Assembly (NCBI GenBank): GCA_963621875.1
Contig: CAVFFR010000002.1
Coordinates: 704-64,703 of the forward strand
DNA: 64,000 nucleotides
Direction: 5' to 3'
From: Bacteroidaceae bacterium
GTDB lineage: Bacteria; Bacillota; Clostridia; TANB77; CAG-508
The position numbers were made by a program, and so were the translations under genes. The notes under the pieces are model-generated. The model was not told the DNA's origin. It searched no databases and saw only the letters and a program-made list of their open reading frames with translations. Below are positions 26,917-37,344 of the stretch, piece by piece; position 1 is the stretch's first letter; each line of letters opens with the position of its first letter.

Positions 26917-27540
26917 TTATTTATTTTCCTCTAACCATTTATAAACTTCATCTTCTGCAAGTTTGCCTTTTTTCATTTTATTTACTTTATCTTTAGCATC
27001 TTTTTTCCATTTTTCAAATTCTTTTTGAATTACTTTTACATCTTTATTTCTTTGTGCTATCATAAATTTTTGCCTATAGATTCTTCTATAAAGAGCTTGT
27101 GTTTCATTATTCTCTAAATTTTTCTTATATTGTTCATTTGCTCCTTTTTCTCTACAAGTAGGGCTTTGGTCTGGATTTGCTAAATCGCAATATATTTCGT
27201 TTTGTCTGTAACTTGGTATAAAATATCTGCCACAGTTTAAACAGGTCTTAATTTGCAAATTCTCGTGTCTTACCACTTGATCTAATATTGCAAAACACAT
27301 ACTTGTTAATTTTGTACTTGTATAAAAATTATGGGGTTCTAGTTTAGAATCTTTGTTATTTATTCTTTTTATTAATTCTTGCATTGTTTCATTATGATTA
27401 TGATTATGTATATTTATGTAATTATCTGTTATAATTTCAATATCTTGTGAATATGTATAAAACTCGCTATCTCTTATGGTATAGGCTACAAATTTAGCAA
27501 GTTTATTTTCTTCGCCTTTTAGTTCTTCATTTCCATTCAA
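26917..27540 (-). CDS. Hypothetical Cys-rich protein (CLNCGRYF...YCD...PTC); 5' end unresolved
   Basis: The track start is TTG. The frame is open for 79 more codons, up to 27777, with coding-like sequence but no ATG/GTG/TTG, and it overlaps the integrase start. Confidence 0.45.
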   Translation of the reverse strand: MNGNEELKGEENKLAKFVAYTIRDSEFYTYSQDIEIITDNYINIHNHNHNETMQELIKRINNKDSKLEPHNFYTSTKLTSMCFAILDQVVRHENLQIKTCLNCGRYFIPSYRQNEIYCDLANPDQSPTCREKGANEQYKKNLENNETQALYRRIYRQKFMIAQRNKDVKVIQKEFEKWKKDAKDKVNKMKKGKLAEDEVYKWLEENK

Positions 27541-27756
27541 ATTATATACAAAATCTACACATTTTTTAAAATTATCTTGCCACTCAATAAATGTGTAGCT
27601 ACCAGTTTCAAATATATCTTTTATAATTTTTCTAAAATTAATATCATCAATATAATCATCATTTTTAAAATAATCATTTGGTGCATAATCTTTTACTAAT
27701 TCATAACCATAAGCATAAAAGTAATTCGGTAATATGTCAATAGAAAGGAGTAAAAA

Positions 27757-28935
27757 ATGATAGATGTAACAGGTAGCTTACAAATTAAAAATAAAATATA
27801 TCAAGCAGTTTTAAGTTATAAACAAGATAATAAATGGAAAACAAAATGGGTTTCAACTAAAGTTCCAGCAGTAAAAGGAAATAAAAAACAAGCACAAGCA
27901 AAACTAGAAGAAATTAAAAAGAACTTTCAAGAAGAATTAAACAAGACAAATATTGATGATGAAGATATGATATTCATAGATTATATGAAGAAATGGCTTA
28001 ATAGGCAAAAAGCAAGTATTGAAGAAACAACATATATTGGTTATCACGGTGCTATATACGGAAGAATGACTGATTATTTTCAAGCTAGAAAAGATATTAC
28101 ACTACAAACTATTAAACCAAAGCATATACAAGATTTTTATCAATATTTATTAGATAAAGGACTTTCTGGAAACACAGTAAAACATTATCACGCAAATATT
28201 AGAAAAGCTTTACAATATGCTATGAAAACAGATATTATTCCAACTAATCCTGCTGATAAAGTTGATTTACCAAAAATTGAAGAATACAATCCAAATTTCT
28301 ATACAAGTGATGAAGTTAAAACATTACTTAATGAAGTTATTGGAACAAAATTAGAAATTCCTGTAATGATAGATTGTTTTTATGGCTTTAGGCGAGGCGA
28401 AGTAATTGGTTTAAAATGGAGTACTATTGATTTTGAAAAAGACACTATTACAATAAATCATGCCATTACACAATCTAATGGAAAATTGATCATAAGAGAT
28501 AAAACAAAAACAAAATCTAGTAAAAGAACTTTACCTTTAGAGCCTATTGTAAAATCTTTCTTACTTGAATTAAAAGAAAAGCAAGAAAAGAATAAGGAAC
28601 TATGTAGAAATAGTTACAATCAAGAATATTTAGAATATATATGTGTTGATAATTGTGGTAATCTTATAAGACCAGACTATGTAACAGAAACATTTTTGAA
28701 ATTATTAAAGAAAAAGAATTTAAAACAAATTCGTTTTCACGATTTAAGACATACTTGTGCAAGTATTCTTTTAAAGAATGGTGCAAATATGAAAGAAATA
28801 CAAGCATGGCTTGGACATTCAAATTATAATACTACTGCAAATTTATATGCACATTTAGATACAAGTAGTGTATGTAACACAGGAAAGGTAATAACAAATG
28901 TATTTAGTGAAAAAAATGAAGTAACCACTGCCTAA
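27757..28935 (+). CDS. Tyrosine recombinase / phage-type integrase
   Basis: N-terminal arm-binding-like region. C-terminal catalytic pattern GFRRGEV...HDLRHTCASILL...LGHSNYNTTANLYAHL (R, H-x-x-R, Y). AAAGGAG SD. Confidence 0.85.
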   Translation: MIDVTGSLQIKNKIYQAVLSYKQDNKWKTKWVSTKVPAVKGNKKQAQAKLEEIKKNFQEELNKTNIDDEDMIFIDYMKKWLNRQKASIEETTYIGYHGAIYGRMTDYFQARKDITLQTIKPKHIQDFYQYLLDKGLSGNTVKHYHANIRKALQYAMKTDIIPTNPADKVDLPKIEEYNPNFYTSDEVKTLLNEVIGTKLEIPVMIDCFYGFRRGEVIGLKWSTIDFEKDTITINHAITQSNGKLIIRDKTKTKSSKRTLPLEPIVKSFLLELKEKQEKNKELCRNSYNQEYLEYICVDNCGNLIRPDYVTETFLKLLKKKNLKQIRFHDLRHTCASILLKNGANMKEIQAWLGHSNYNTTANLYAHLDTSSVCNTGKVITNVFSEKNEVTTA

Positions 28936-29007
28936 CTGCTCCAAATTTTTTAGATGTTTTTTTAGATGCTACTAAAAAAATGCTATTTTTTAGTGCAAAT
29001 TGTTGTT

Positions 29008-29083
29008 TGGTGGCTTCAAGTGGAATCGAACCACTGACACGGAGATTTTCAGTCTCCTGCTCTACCAACTGAGCTATGAAGCC
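29008..29083 (-). tRNA. tRNA-Phe (GAA), CCA encoded
   Basis: Reverse complement: GGCTTCATAGCTCAGTTGGTAGAGCAGGAGACTGAAAATCTCCGTGTCAGTGGTTCGATTCCACTTGAAGCCACCA. It folds as a cloverleaf with anticodon loop CTGAAAA. Confidence 0.9.
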
Positions 29084-29092
29084 ATAAGTTTG

Positions 29093-29139
29093 CACCAAAG
29101 ATTTTCAGTCCTTTGCTCTACCAACTGAGCTATCAAGGC
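29093..29139 (-). pseudogene. 5' fragment of a second, diverged tRNA-Phe (GAA)
   Basis: Reverse complement: GCCTTGATAGCTCAGTTGGTAGAGCAAAGGACTGAAAATCTTTGGTG. This covers the acceptor 5' arm, D arm and anticodon arm. It then breaks off 9 nt before the intact tRNA-Phe; no T arm is present. Confidence 0.75.
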
Positions 29140-29164
29140 AATTATTCAATTTTAAATAAAAAAA

Positions 29165-29241
29165 TGGCGACCTGGAACGGGCTCGAACCGTCGACCTCTA
29201 GCGTGACAGGCTAGCGTTCTAACCAACTGAACTACCAGGCC
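29165..29241 (-). tRNA. tRNA-Asp (GTC), CCA encoded
   Basis: Reverse complement: GGCCTGGTAGTTCAGTTGGTTAGAACGCTAGCCTGTCACGCTAGAGGTCGACGGTTCGAGCCCGTTCCAGGTCGCCA. Confidence 0.9.
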
Positions 29242-29285
29242 GTAAATAAAAAAATTTAGAATGTTCTAAATTTTCTTATAAAGAA

Positions 29286-29361
29286 TGGTGGTCGCTATAG
29301 GGCTCGAACCTATGACCCCCTGCTTGTAAGGCAGATGCTCTCCCAGCTGAGCTAAGCGACC
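29286..29361 (-). tRNA. tRNA-Val (TAC), CCA encoded
   Basis: Reverse complement: GGTCGCTTAGCTCAGCTGGGAGAGCATCTGCCTTACAAGCAGGGGGTCATAGGTTCGAGCCCTATAGCGACCACCA. Confidence 0.9.
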
Positions 29362-29379
29362 ATTTCTTTCGACTTTCTT

Positions 29380-29408
29380 AGTATACTAGAATTTTCTATT
29401 TTTGTCAA
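29380..29408 (-). promoter_or_regulatory. Strong sigma-A promoter TTGACA-17-TATACT for the tRNA cluster
   Basis: Minus strand: -35 at 29403-29408, -10 at 29380-29385, about 18 nt upstream of tRNA-Val. Confidence 0.65.
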
Positions 29409-29410
29409 TA

Positions 29411-29452
29411 CTTATTTTAAATTTTTTTAATCTTATTTTAAATTTTTTTAGT
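29411..29452. repeat. Two tandem 21-bp A/T-tract units directly upstream of the tRNA promoter (UP-element-like)
   Basis: cttattttaaatttttttaat / cttattttaaatttttttagt. Confidence 0.5.
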
Positions 29453-29515
29453 CTTTTTTATGTTTATCTTTATAAATTAGTTAGGAGACTAGGAGCCTCC
29501 TAACTTTTTTCTATT

Positions 29516-31159
<1,644 letters not shown>

Positions 31160-31167
31160 CTAATTTT

Positions 31168-31258
31168 CGCCCAATAGGGACGCCCCTTTTTGGGCGAAGT
31201 TAAATTTCCTTGTTTTTTCGCTCCAGTTTCGCCCAAAAAGGGGCGTCCCTATTGGGCG
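31168..31258. repeat. GC-rich 29-bp inverted-repeat pair inserted in the groES-groEL spacer
   Basis: cgcccaatagggacgcccctttttgggcg (31168-31196) and its exact reverse complement (31230-31258), separated by 33 nt. Each arm is also internally self-complementary (CGCCCAA...TTGGGCG). Confidence 0.85.
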
Positions 31259-31268
31259 GAAAATTCTT

Positions 31269-31613
<345 letters not shown>

Positions 31614-31770
31614 TTATACCTTTTGGCACTAATTGTCAATATAATTTTTATAATTTCACACAATTTTCACATTTAATTTTATGTATTTAATGTTTTTTTA
31701 TTACAACTCTTCCAATTTACATAATTTTATTATATAATATATTTAACCATTTTTTGAAGGAGGAATCGCT

Positions 31771-31962
31771 ATGAGCTTCACATTTTGGGATATGTTACCC
31801 GGAGCTGTTCTTACAGCAGAGATTTCAAAAATCAGCAATATGCGGCAACGAGCGCTCTTCCTGAGTGTAGCTGATGCACTCGAAGAATATAATTCGAAGA
31901 ATGATTCTTTTCTTACATTCGGAGAATTTATTCAAATTTATAAGGATAATGCCTCCGAGTAA
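31771..31962 (+). CDS. Small hypothetical protein (63 aa) with atypical GC content
   Basis: GAAGGAGG SD 7 nt upstream, and a terminator immediately after the stop. My hand count gives about 38% G+C, clearly above the surrounding sequence. Confidence 0.45.
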   Translation: MSFTFWDMLPGAVLTAEISKISNMRQRALFLSVADALEEYNSKNDSFLTFGEFIQIYKDNASE

Positions 31963-31974
31963 TTCGGAGGCATT
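31948..31974. terminator. Bidirectional GC-rich terminator AATGCCTCCGA-gtaat-TCGGAGGCATT
   Basis: Lies between the convergent small ORF and pyrG. A T-run follows on the plus strand. Confidence 0.6.
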
Positions 31975-31980
31975 ATCTTT

Positions 31981-33609
31981 TTATTCTTCTATTTTTTTCT
32001 TTGCTGCTTTTAATAAACCAACAAATAATGGATGTGGTTTATCTGGTCTTGATTTTAATTCTGGATGAAATTGGGAAGCTATAAAGTACAGATGTTTTTT
32101 GAGTTCTATTATTTCTACTAGCTCTCCATCTGGTGATGTTCCAGAAAATGTCATTCCATTTTCTTCCATAATTTTTCTGTATTCGTTATTAAATTCATAT
32201 CTATGTCTATGTCTTTCTGATATTTCTTCTGTTTTATATAGTTTACTTGCTAAGCTAGATTTCTTTAGTATGCAAGGGTATTCCCCAAGTCGCATTGTTC
32301 CACCTTTTTTTGTTATGTTTTTCTGCGATTCCATTATATGTATTACTGGATTTTTTGTTTTTTCATCAAATTCTAGTGAGTTCGCATCTTTTATATTAAG
32401 TACATCTCTTGCAAATTCTACAACCGCCATTTGCATTCCTAAACAAATTCCCAAGAAAGGTATGTTGTTTTCTCTTGCATATTTTACTGTTTGTATTTTC
32501 CCTTCTATTCCTCTTCCTCCAAATCCGCCCGGAACTATTATTCCGTCTATCCCTTGAAGTTTCTCTTTTGCATTTTTGCTTGTGACTGTTTCGCAATCAA
32601 TAAACTTAATATCTGCTTTTACTCCATTTTCATAAGCTGCGTGTTTTATGCTTTCTACAACTGACAAATATGAGTCTTCTAATTTTACATATTTTCCAAC
32701 TATTGCAATATTTGCTTTTCTCTTGTTTGAATTTTCATATTTTTCATCTATTTTCTTAAAATGTTCTATCATCTTTTGCCATTCCTCGTTTTTGGCTTTT
32801 ATATTCTTTAATTTTAAATGTTTGCACACATCAACTGCTAATCCTTCATTTTCTAACATTAATGGCACTTCGTAAAGATTTTTAGCTGTCATATTCGCTA
32901 TTACATTTTCTGGACGTACATTGCAAAATAGTGCAATTTTTTCTTTTATGTTTTCTGTTATTGGCATCTCTGTTCTACATACTAATATGTCTGGCTTTAT
33001 TCCTATTGATTGTAATTCTTTTACTGAGTGTTGAGTTGGTTTTGATTTTAGTTCATTTGAACCTGATATATAAGGAAGTAATGTTACATGTATGTATATC
33101 ACATCTTCTGGATTGTTTTCTATTCCAACTTGTCTGATTGCTTCTAAGAATGGTAAGCTCTCTATATCTCCTACTGTTCCACCTATCTCTGTTATTATAA
33201 TGTCAGCTCCTGTCTTTGCTAATGAGTATACTTTGTCTTTTATTGCATTTGTTATATGAGGAATTACTTGCACTGTTTTCCCTAAATAATCCCCCCTTCT
33301 TTCTTTTTCTAGCACTTCTTGATATATTTTGCCTGTTGATACACTACAATTTTTATTTAAATTAACATCTGTAAATCTTTCATAATGACCTAGATCTAAG
33401 TCTGTTTCAGCTCCGTCGTCAGTTACGAAAACTTCTCCATGTTCGTATGGGCTCATTGTTCCTGGATCTACATTTATATAAGGATCAAACTTTTGGTTTG
33501 CTACTTTATATCCTCTATTTTTTAATAGTCTTCCTACTGATGCTGCTGTTATTCCTTTCCCTAGTCCTGATACTACTCCCCCTGTTACAAATATGTACTT
33601 TGTGTTCAT
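31981..33609 (-). CDS. pyrG: CTP synthase
   Basis: N-terminal [16 protein letters not shown] and the glutamine amidotransferase motif GICLGMQ; 542 aa. Confidence 0.97.
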   Translation of the reverse strand: MNTKYIFVTGGVVSGLGKGITAASVGRLLKNRGYKVANQKFDPYINVDPGTMSPYEHGEVFVTDDGAETDLDLGHYERFTDVNLNKNCSVSTGKIYQEVLEKERRGDYLGKTVQVIPHITNAIKDKVYSLAKTGADIIITEIGGTVGDIESLPFLEAIRQVGIENNPEDVIYIHVTLLPYISGSNELKSKPTQHSVKELQSIGIKPDILVCRTEMPITENIKEKIALFCNVRPENVIANMTAKNLYEVPLMLENEGLAVDVCKHLKLKNIKAKNEEWQKMIEHFKKIDEKYENSNKRKANIAIVGKYVKLEDSYLSVVESIKHAAYENGVKADIKFIDCETVTSKNAKEKLQGIDGIIVPGGFGGRGIEGKIQTVKYARENNIPFLGICLGMQMAVVEFARDVLNIKDANSLEFDEKTKNPVIHIMESQKNITKKGGTMRLGEYPCILKKSSLASKLYKTEEISERHRHRYEFNNEYRKIMEENGMTFSGTSPDGELVEIIELKKHLYFIASQFHPELKSRPDKPHPLFVGLLKAAKKKIEE

Positions 33610-33644
33610 CTCTCATTCCCTCCTTATATATATAAAACAAAAAA

Positions 33645-33686
33645 ATAGGCTAAGTTCCCTAAAAAAAGGGTTTTTTTTTAGCCTAT
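33645..33686 (-). terminator. Intrinsic terminator in the pyrG leader (also ends the upstream gene)
   Basis: Minus strand: ATAGGCTAA-aaaaaaaCCCtttttttAGGGaac-TTAGCCTAT followed by TTTTTTTG, only about 25 nt before the pyrG SD. Confidence 0.55.
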
Positions 33687-33704
33687 TTCTATTAACTATA
33701 ATTT

Positions 33705-33733
33705 ATTTTAGCAAATTTTGTTTCGTTTTTCAA
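33705..33733 (-). promoter_or_regulatory. Sigma-A-type promoter TTGAAA-17-TAAAAT upstream of the pyrG leader terminator
   Basis: -35 at 33728-33733, -10 at 33705-33710 (minus strand). Confidence 0.45.
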
Positions 33734-33743
33734 GTACTTTTTA

Positions 33744-35015
33744 TTATTTCCACTTAAAACTATTTGCTGTAGATATTACATCTTTCTCTAATATCTGTTC
33801 ATCATTTAAATTAAAGCTATCCCCTGTAATTATTGCAAGTTTGCCATCTGAGTAAATGTAATAGTAACAACATATTTCTTCTGGGTATTGATTATATTTT
33901 AATTTAACCTTTACTGCGTCATATCCATTTGATGTTTGTACTTTTTCAACAGAATATTCTTCTGGTTGTAGTTTTTCTTTTATATATGTTTCTAATTCCG
34001 TTTTTAATTCATCTATTGATGTCTCATTTCCACTTTTTGAGTATGTTAAGTTTAACATTGCTGGATACTGAGAATAATCTATTGTATTTGTTGCTTCTTG
34101 GTTATCCTCTTTAACAGTTGGAGCACTTATGCTTTTATAAAACACCCATCCTGTTTCTTCACTGTATTCTTGATATGCAACCCAACCTTGTGGTGTTTGA
34201 AAACTTAAGTCTGTATTTCCTGTCAGGCTTGAGTCTTCTGTTGAGCTATTTTGAAAAGTAAGTGAAAATGCTAGTACTACTAATATTATAGTAGCAATTA
34301 TGAACCATACATTGACTTTGTGTTTCTGTTTTTTATCTTGGTCTTCTACACTATAATAGTATTTGCCTTTAACTTTTTTTACAATTCCTGAATTTTTCAG
34401 AAAGCTAAAATATATTCTACCACTTTGACCTTCTGTTTCGGCTAATACTTCCTCTTTTGTCATTGTGTTTTCTTTATTTGTTGCATTGTATTTTTCAAAT
34501 ATAGGTTTTATTACTTCTATTGCATCATTTTTTAACTTTTGTTGTTCCTCTTTATTTGAAAAATCTAATGTTATATTTTCTGAATCTGCCAATAACTGTT
34601 TCTTTATAGAACTTGTTACAACACTTGCTCCTAATATTGTAAATATTACAGATATGATATAATCTCTTATTATAGCACTAATCCACTCCGAATTTTGATA
34701 CAATGTTTTTAGATTTTCCATACTTACATAGTATCCATTGTGTTTAAGTAATAATACTGGTATAACTGCAAATGTTATTATTGTTACAACTAAAATAGAT
34801 ATTATCATTATTATCATAGGTAACTTTGTATCCATTTTACCTTTGCACAATTTGTAACCATAAAAAGCCCCTGCTCCTATTATTACAGCTAATAAAGACA
34901 ATATCATATTTCCATATACATACATTATTACCCACGGAATTGATGCTATTGCTCCACCTAATATTGCCCCCAAAGTTCCCATTATATAACTTGTTTTTTT
35001 ATTGTTTTCTTCCAT
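33744..35015 (-). CDS. Hypothetical polytopic membrane protein with extracellular C-terminal domain
   Basis: Start at ATG 35013-35015 (AAAGGA SD). Several TM segments. No recognisable catalytic motif. Confidence 0.5.
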   Translation of the reverse strand: MEENNKKTSYIMGTLGAILGGAIASIPWVIMYVYGNMILSLLAVIIGAGAFYGYKLCKGKMDTKLPMIIMIISILVVTIITFAVIPVLLLKHNGYYVSMENLKTLYQNSEWISAIIRDYIISVIFTILGASVVTSSIKKQLLADSENITLDFSNKEEQQKLKNDAIEVIKPIFEKYNATNKENTMTKEEVLAETEGQSGRIYFSFLKNSGIVKKVKGKYYYSVEDQDKKQKHKVNVWFIIATIILVVLAFSLTFQNSSTEDSSLTGNTDLSFQTPQGWVAYQEYSEETGWVFYKSISAPTVKEDNQEATNTIDYSQYPAMLNLTYSKSGNETSIDELKTELETYIKEKLQPEEYSVEKVQTSNGYDAVKVKLKYNQYPEEICCYYYIYSDGKLAIITGDSFNLNDEQILEKDVISTANSFKWK

Positions 35016-35156
35016 TTTATTTCCTTTCATTTTATTGTTTATTTTTATGTGTTTAATATAACATATTTTGAAGTGTTTTTGCAATAATTATTTATTTTTT
35101 CATTAAAATAAAAGGCTATATTGAGAAATTTACTTCAAATACAACCTTTTGTATAT

Positions 35157-35543
35157 TTATTGTTTTTTTATTTTTGGTTTTGCTATTAGTGAAGCAATAT
35201 ATCCAAAGAATATTGCTGCTGCAATTCCTCCTGCTGATGCTTCTACTCCTCCTGTGAAAGCTCCTAATAATCCACTTTCTTTTACCGCTTCTATGCTACC
35301 TTTTGCAAGATTTGCTCCAAATCCAGTAAGCGGAACTGTTGCTCCTGCTCCTGCGAAATCTATTAAACACTTATACACACCTAATCCACCAAGTATTACT
35401 CCTGTTGTTACAAATATTACTAATATTTTTGCTGGAGTCAATTTTGTTTTATCTAATAGTACTTGGCCTATTATACAAATTAATCCTCCTACAACAAAAC
35501 ATTTTAATAATTGCATCCAATCAATGCTTTGTATAAAACTCAT
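35157..35543 (-). CDS. spoVAE: Stage V sporulation protein AE (SpoVAEb-like)
   Basis: GAGATVPLTGFGA motif; SpoVAC/AE family membrane protein; last in the spoVAC-AD-AE order. Confidence 0.85.
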   Translation of the reverse strand: MSFIQSIDWMQLLKCFVVGGLICIIGQVLLDKTKLTPAKILVIFVTTGVILGGLGVYKCLIDFAGAGATVPLTGFGANLAKGSIEAVKESGLLGAFTGGVEASAGGIAAAIFFGYIASLIAKPKIKKQ

Positions 35544-35562
35544 AAATTTTAATCTCCTAACT

Positions 35563-36567
35563 TTAAATTTCTATGGATATTGCGTGCGCAATTCCTGGTA
35601 TTGTTTCGCCTTGTTGCATACTTGTTGAATTCATTAATGCTCCTGTTGCAATTAGTAATATTTTCTTCATTTTCTTCTCTTTTAATTGTTTATAAAAATA
35701 TCCCGAAAATATTGTTGCTATACAAGCACATCCACTTCCCCCTGAGTGTGTATCCTGCTTTTGCTTATCAAACATTAATACTCCGCAATCATCATAATTT
35801 GCATTTATATTATAGCCTTTTGTTTGAGCCATCTCTTGTAATATTTCTTTTCCTATATATCCTAAATCTCCTGTTATTATTGCATCATAATAGCTTGGTT
35901 TTCTTCCTGTATCTTGCAAATGTGTAACTAGGGTATCCAATGCAGCAGGTGCCATTGCTGCTCCCATATTATTTGCGTCTTTTATTCCCATATCAACTAT
36001 TTTTCCTGGTGTGATATTTGTTATATATGGTCCTTCTCCTGTGCTTGATAAAACTACAGCCCCTGCTCCTGTTACTGTCCACTGTGCTGTTGGAGTTCTC
36101 TGTGTTCCTAACTCTAATGGGAATCTAAATTGTTTTTCTGCACTACAAAAGTGACTTGATGTAGCACATATTACATTATTTGCTCCTCCACCTTCTAAAA
36201 ATACTGAACCCAAACACATACTTTCCACAAATGTTGAACAAGCTCCAAATACTCCAAAATATGGAATGTTAGTATCTCTTAATCCGAAGTCACTTGATAT
36301 ACATTGATTTAATAAATCTCCTGCAAAGCAATAGTCTATATCTGTATTTGATAGATTTGCTCTTGCTATTGCTAAATTTACTGTCTCTTTTATTATTTTG
36401 CTTTCTGCTTTTTCCCAAGATTTTTCTCCCCAGAACTCATCTTCTAAGCATTTGTCAAAATATTTTGCCATTGGTCCTTCTGCTTCCTTAGGACCAACTA
36501 TTGATGCTGTTCCTATAATAACTGGTGGAGAATCAAAACTTATTGTTTGTTTACCTATTTTTTTCAA
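35563..36567 (-). CDS. spoVAD: Stage V sporulation protein AD (thiolase-like)
   Basis: 334 aa with thiolase-fold motifs (GACSTF, GGSGCAC). Positioned between spoVAC and spoVAE. Confidence 0.9.
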   Translation of the reverse strand: MKKIGKQTISFDSPPVIIGTASIVGPKEAEGPMAKYFDKCLEDEFWGEKSWEKAESKIIKETVNLAIARANLSNTDIDYCFAGDLLNQCISSDFGLRDTNIPYFGVFGACSTFVESMCLGSVFLEGGGANNVICATSSHFCSAEKQFRFPLELGTQRTPTAQWTVTGAGAVVLSSTGEGPYITNITPGKIVDMGIKDANNMGAAMAPAALDTLVTHLQDTGRKPSYYDAIITGDLGYIGKEILQEMAQTKGYNINANYDDCGVLMFDKQKQDTHSGGSGCACIATIFSGYFYKQLKEKKMKKILLIATGALMNSTSMQQGETIPGIAHAISIEI

Positions 36568-36583
36568 AGTGTTTCCCTCCTAT

Positions 36584-37024
36584 TTAGAATAATGTTGCAA
36601 TTATTCCTATGATTACTGATGTTGATATTCCGAATACTAATACAGGTCCTGCTACTGTGAACATTTTGCCACCAACCCCCATAACATAACCTTCTGATTT
36701 ATACTCTATAGCTGGTGATACTATTGAATTTGCAAATCCTGTAATTGGAACAAGTGAACCTGCTCCTGCAAATTTGCCTATTCTATTGAATATATTTAGA
36801 CCTGTTAATATTGCTGATAGTGCTATTAGAGCTATTGATGCTACTGTTGATGCTGATGTATTATCCATTCCTCTGTACATACAATAATCTATTATAATTT
36901 GTCCTATAGTGCAGATTAAACCTCCTACCCAAAAAGCATTAAAACAGTTTTTTATTATTGGAGAATTAGGTGACTTTTTATCTACATAGTCACTATATTG
37001 TTTTTGAGTTTGTATTTGCTCCAT
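36584..37024 (-). CDS. spoVAC: Stage V sporulation protein AC
   Basis: FWVGGLICTIGQ and GAGSLVPITGFAN motifs. Confidence 0.88.
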   Translation of the reverse strand: MEQIQTQKQYSDYVDKKSPNSPIIKNCFNAFWVGGLICTIGQIIIDYCMYRGMDNTSASTVASIALIALSAILTGLNIFNRIGKFAGAGSLVPITGFANSIVSPAIEYKSEGYVMGVGGKMFTVAGPVLVFGISTSVIIGIIATLF

Positions 37025-37033
37025 AATTACCTC

Positions 37034-37240
37034 CTAGTTTCTGTCTCTATCTATCATAAATGTTAAATCTAAATCCACATAATATTCACTTATTTTATCT
37101 CCATTTATTTTAGCCTTTTGTTCTATAATTTTTACTCCTGTCAGATAATCTAATGTTTTTGACGCTTCTGCAATTGTTTTTACTATTGCATCTTTCCAAG
37201 ATACTTTTGATGTACCTGTTATCATTAAGTGTTTTTCCAT
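37034..37240 (-). CDS. Dodecin-family flavin-binding protein
   Basis: 68 aa. ITGTSKVSWKDAIVKTIAEASKTL...YYVDLDLTF fits the dodecin pattern. Confidence 0.65.
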   Translation of the reverse strand: MEKHLMITGTSKVSWKDAIVKTIAEASKTLDYLTGVKIIEQKAKINGDKISEYYVDLDLTFMIDRDRN

Positions 37241-37315
37241 TTAAAATAACCTCCATTTTATTTGCTAAAAATATCTTTTCCTTTTTTAGATAAATTATGC
37301 AAAATTTTTAAACAT

Positions 37316-37343
37316 AAAAAAACAACTTCATTTCTGAAGTCGT
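37316..37343 (-). terminator. Intrinsic terminator ending the Tad-like operon
   Basis: Minus strand: ACGACTTCA-gaaa-TGAAGTTGT followed by T7. Confidence 0.6.
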
Positions 37344-37344
37344 T

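Noticed and set aside
23500-27757. Search for the distal attachment repeat (a copy of the tRNA-Phe 3' end) that would delimit the island
   Set aside because: I found no convincing match to tggtggcttcaagtggaatcgaacc in the intergenic regions I could scan by eye. The boundary is therefore left undefined rather than guessed.
28904-29098. 64-aa minus-strand ORF
   Set aside because: It is a translation through tRNA-Phe and the tRNA-Phe fragment, so it is not coding.
29411-29452. Possible CRISPR-like direct repeats
   Set aside because: Only two abutting 21-bp AT-only units, with no spacers and no cas genes. Better explained as an UP-element-like duplication.
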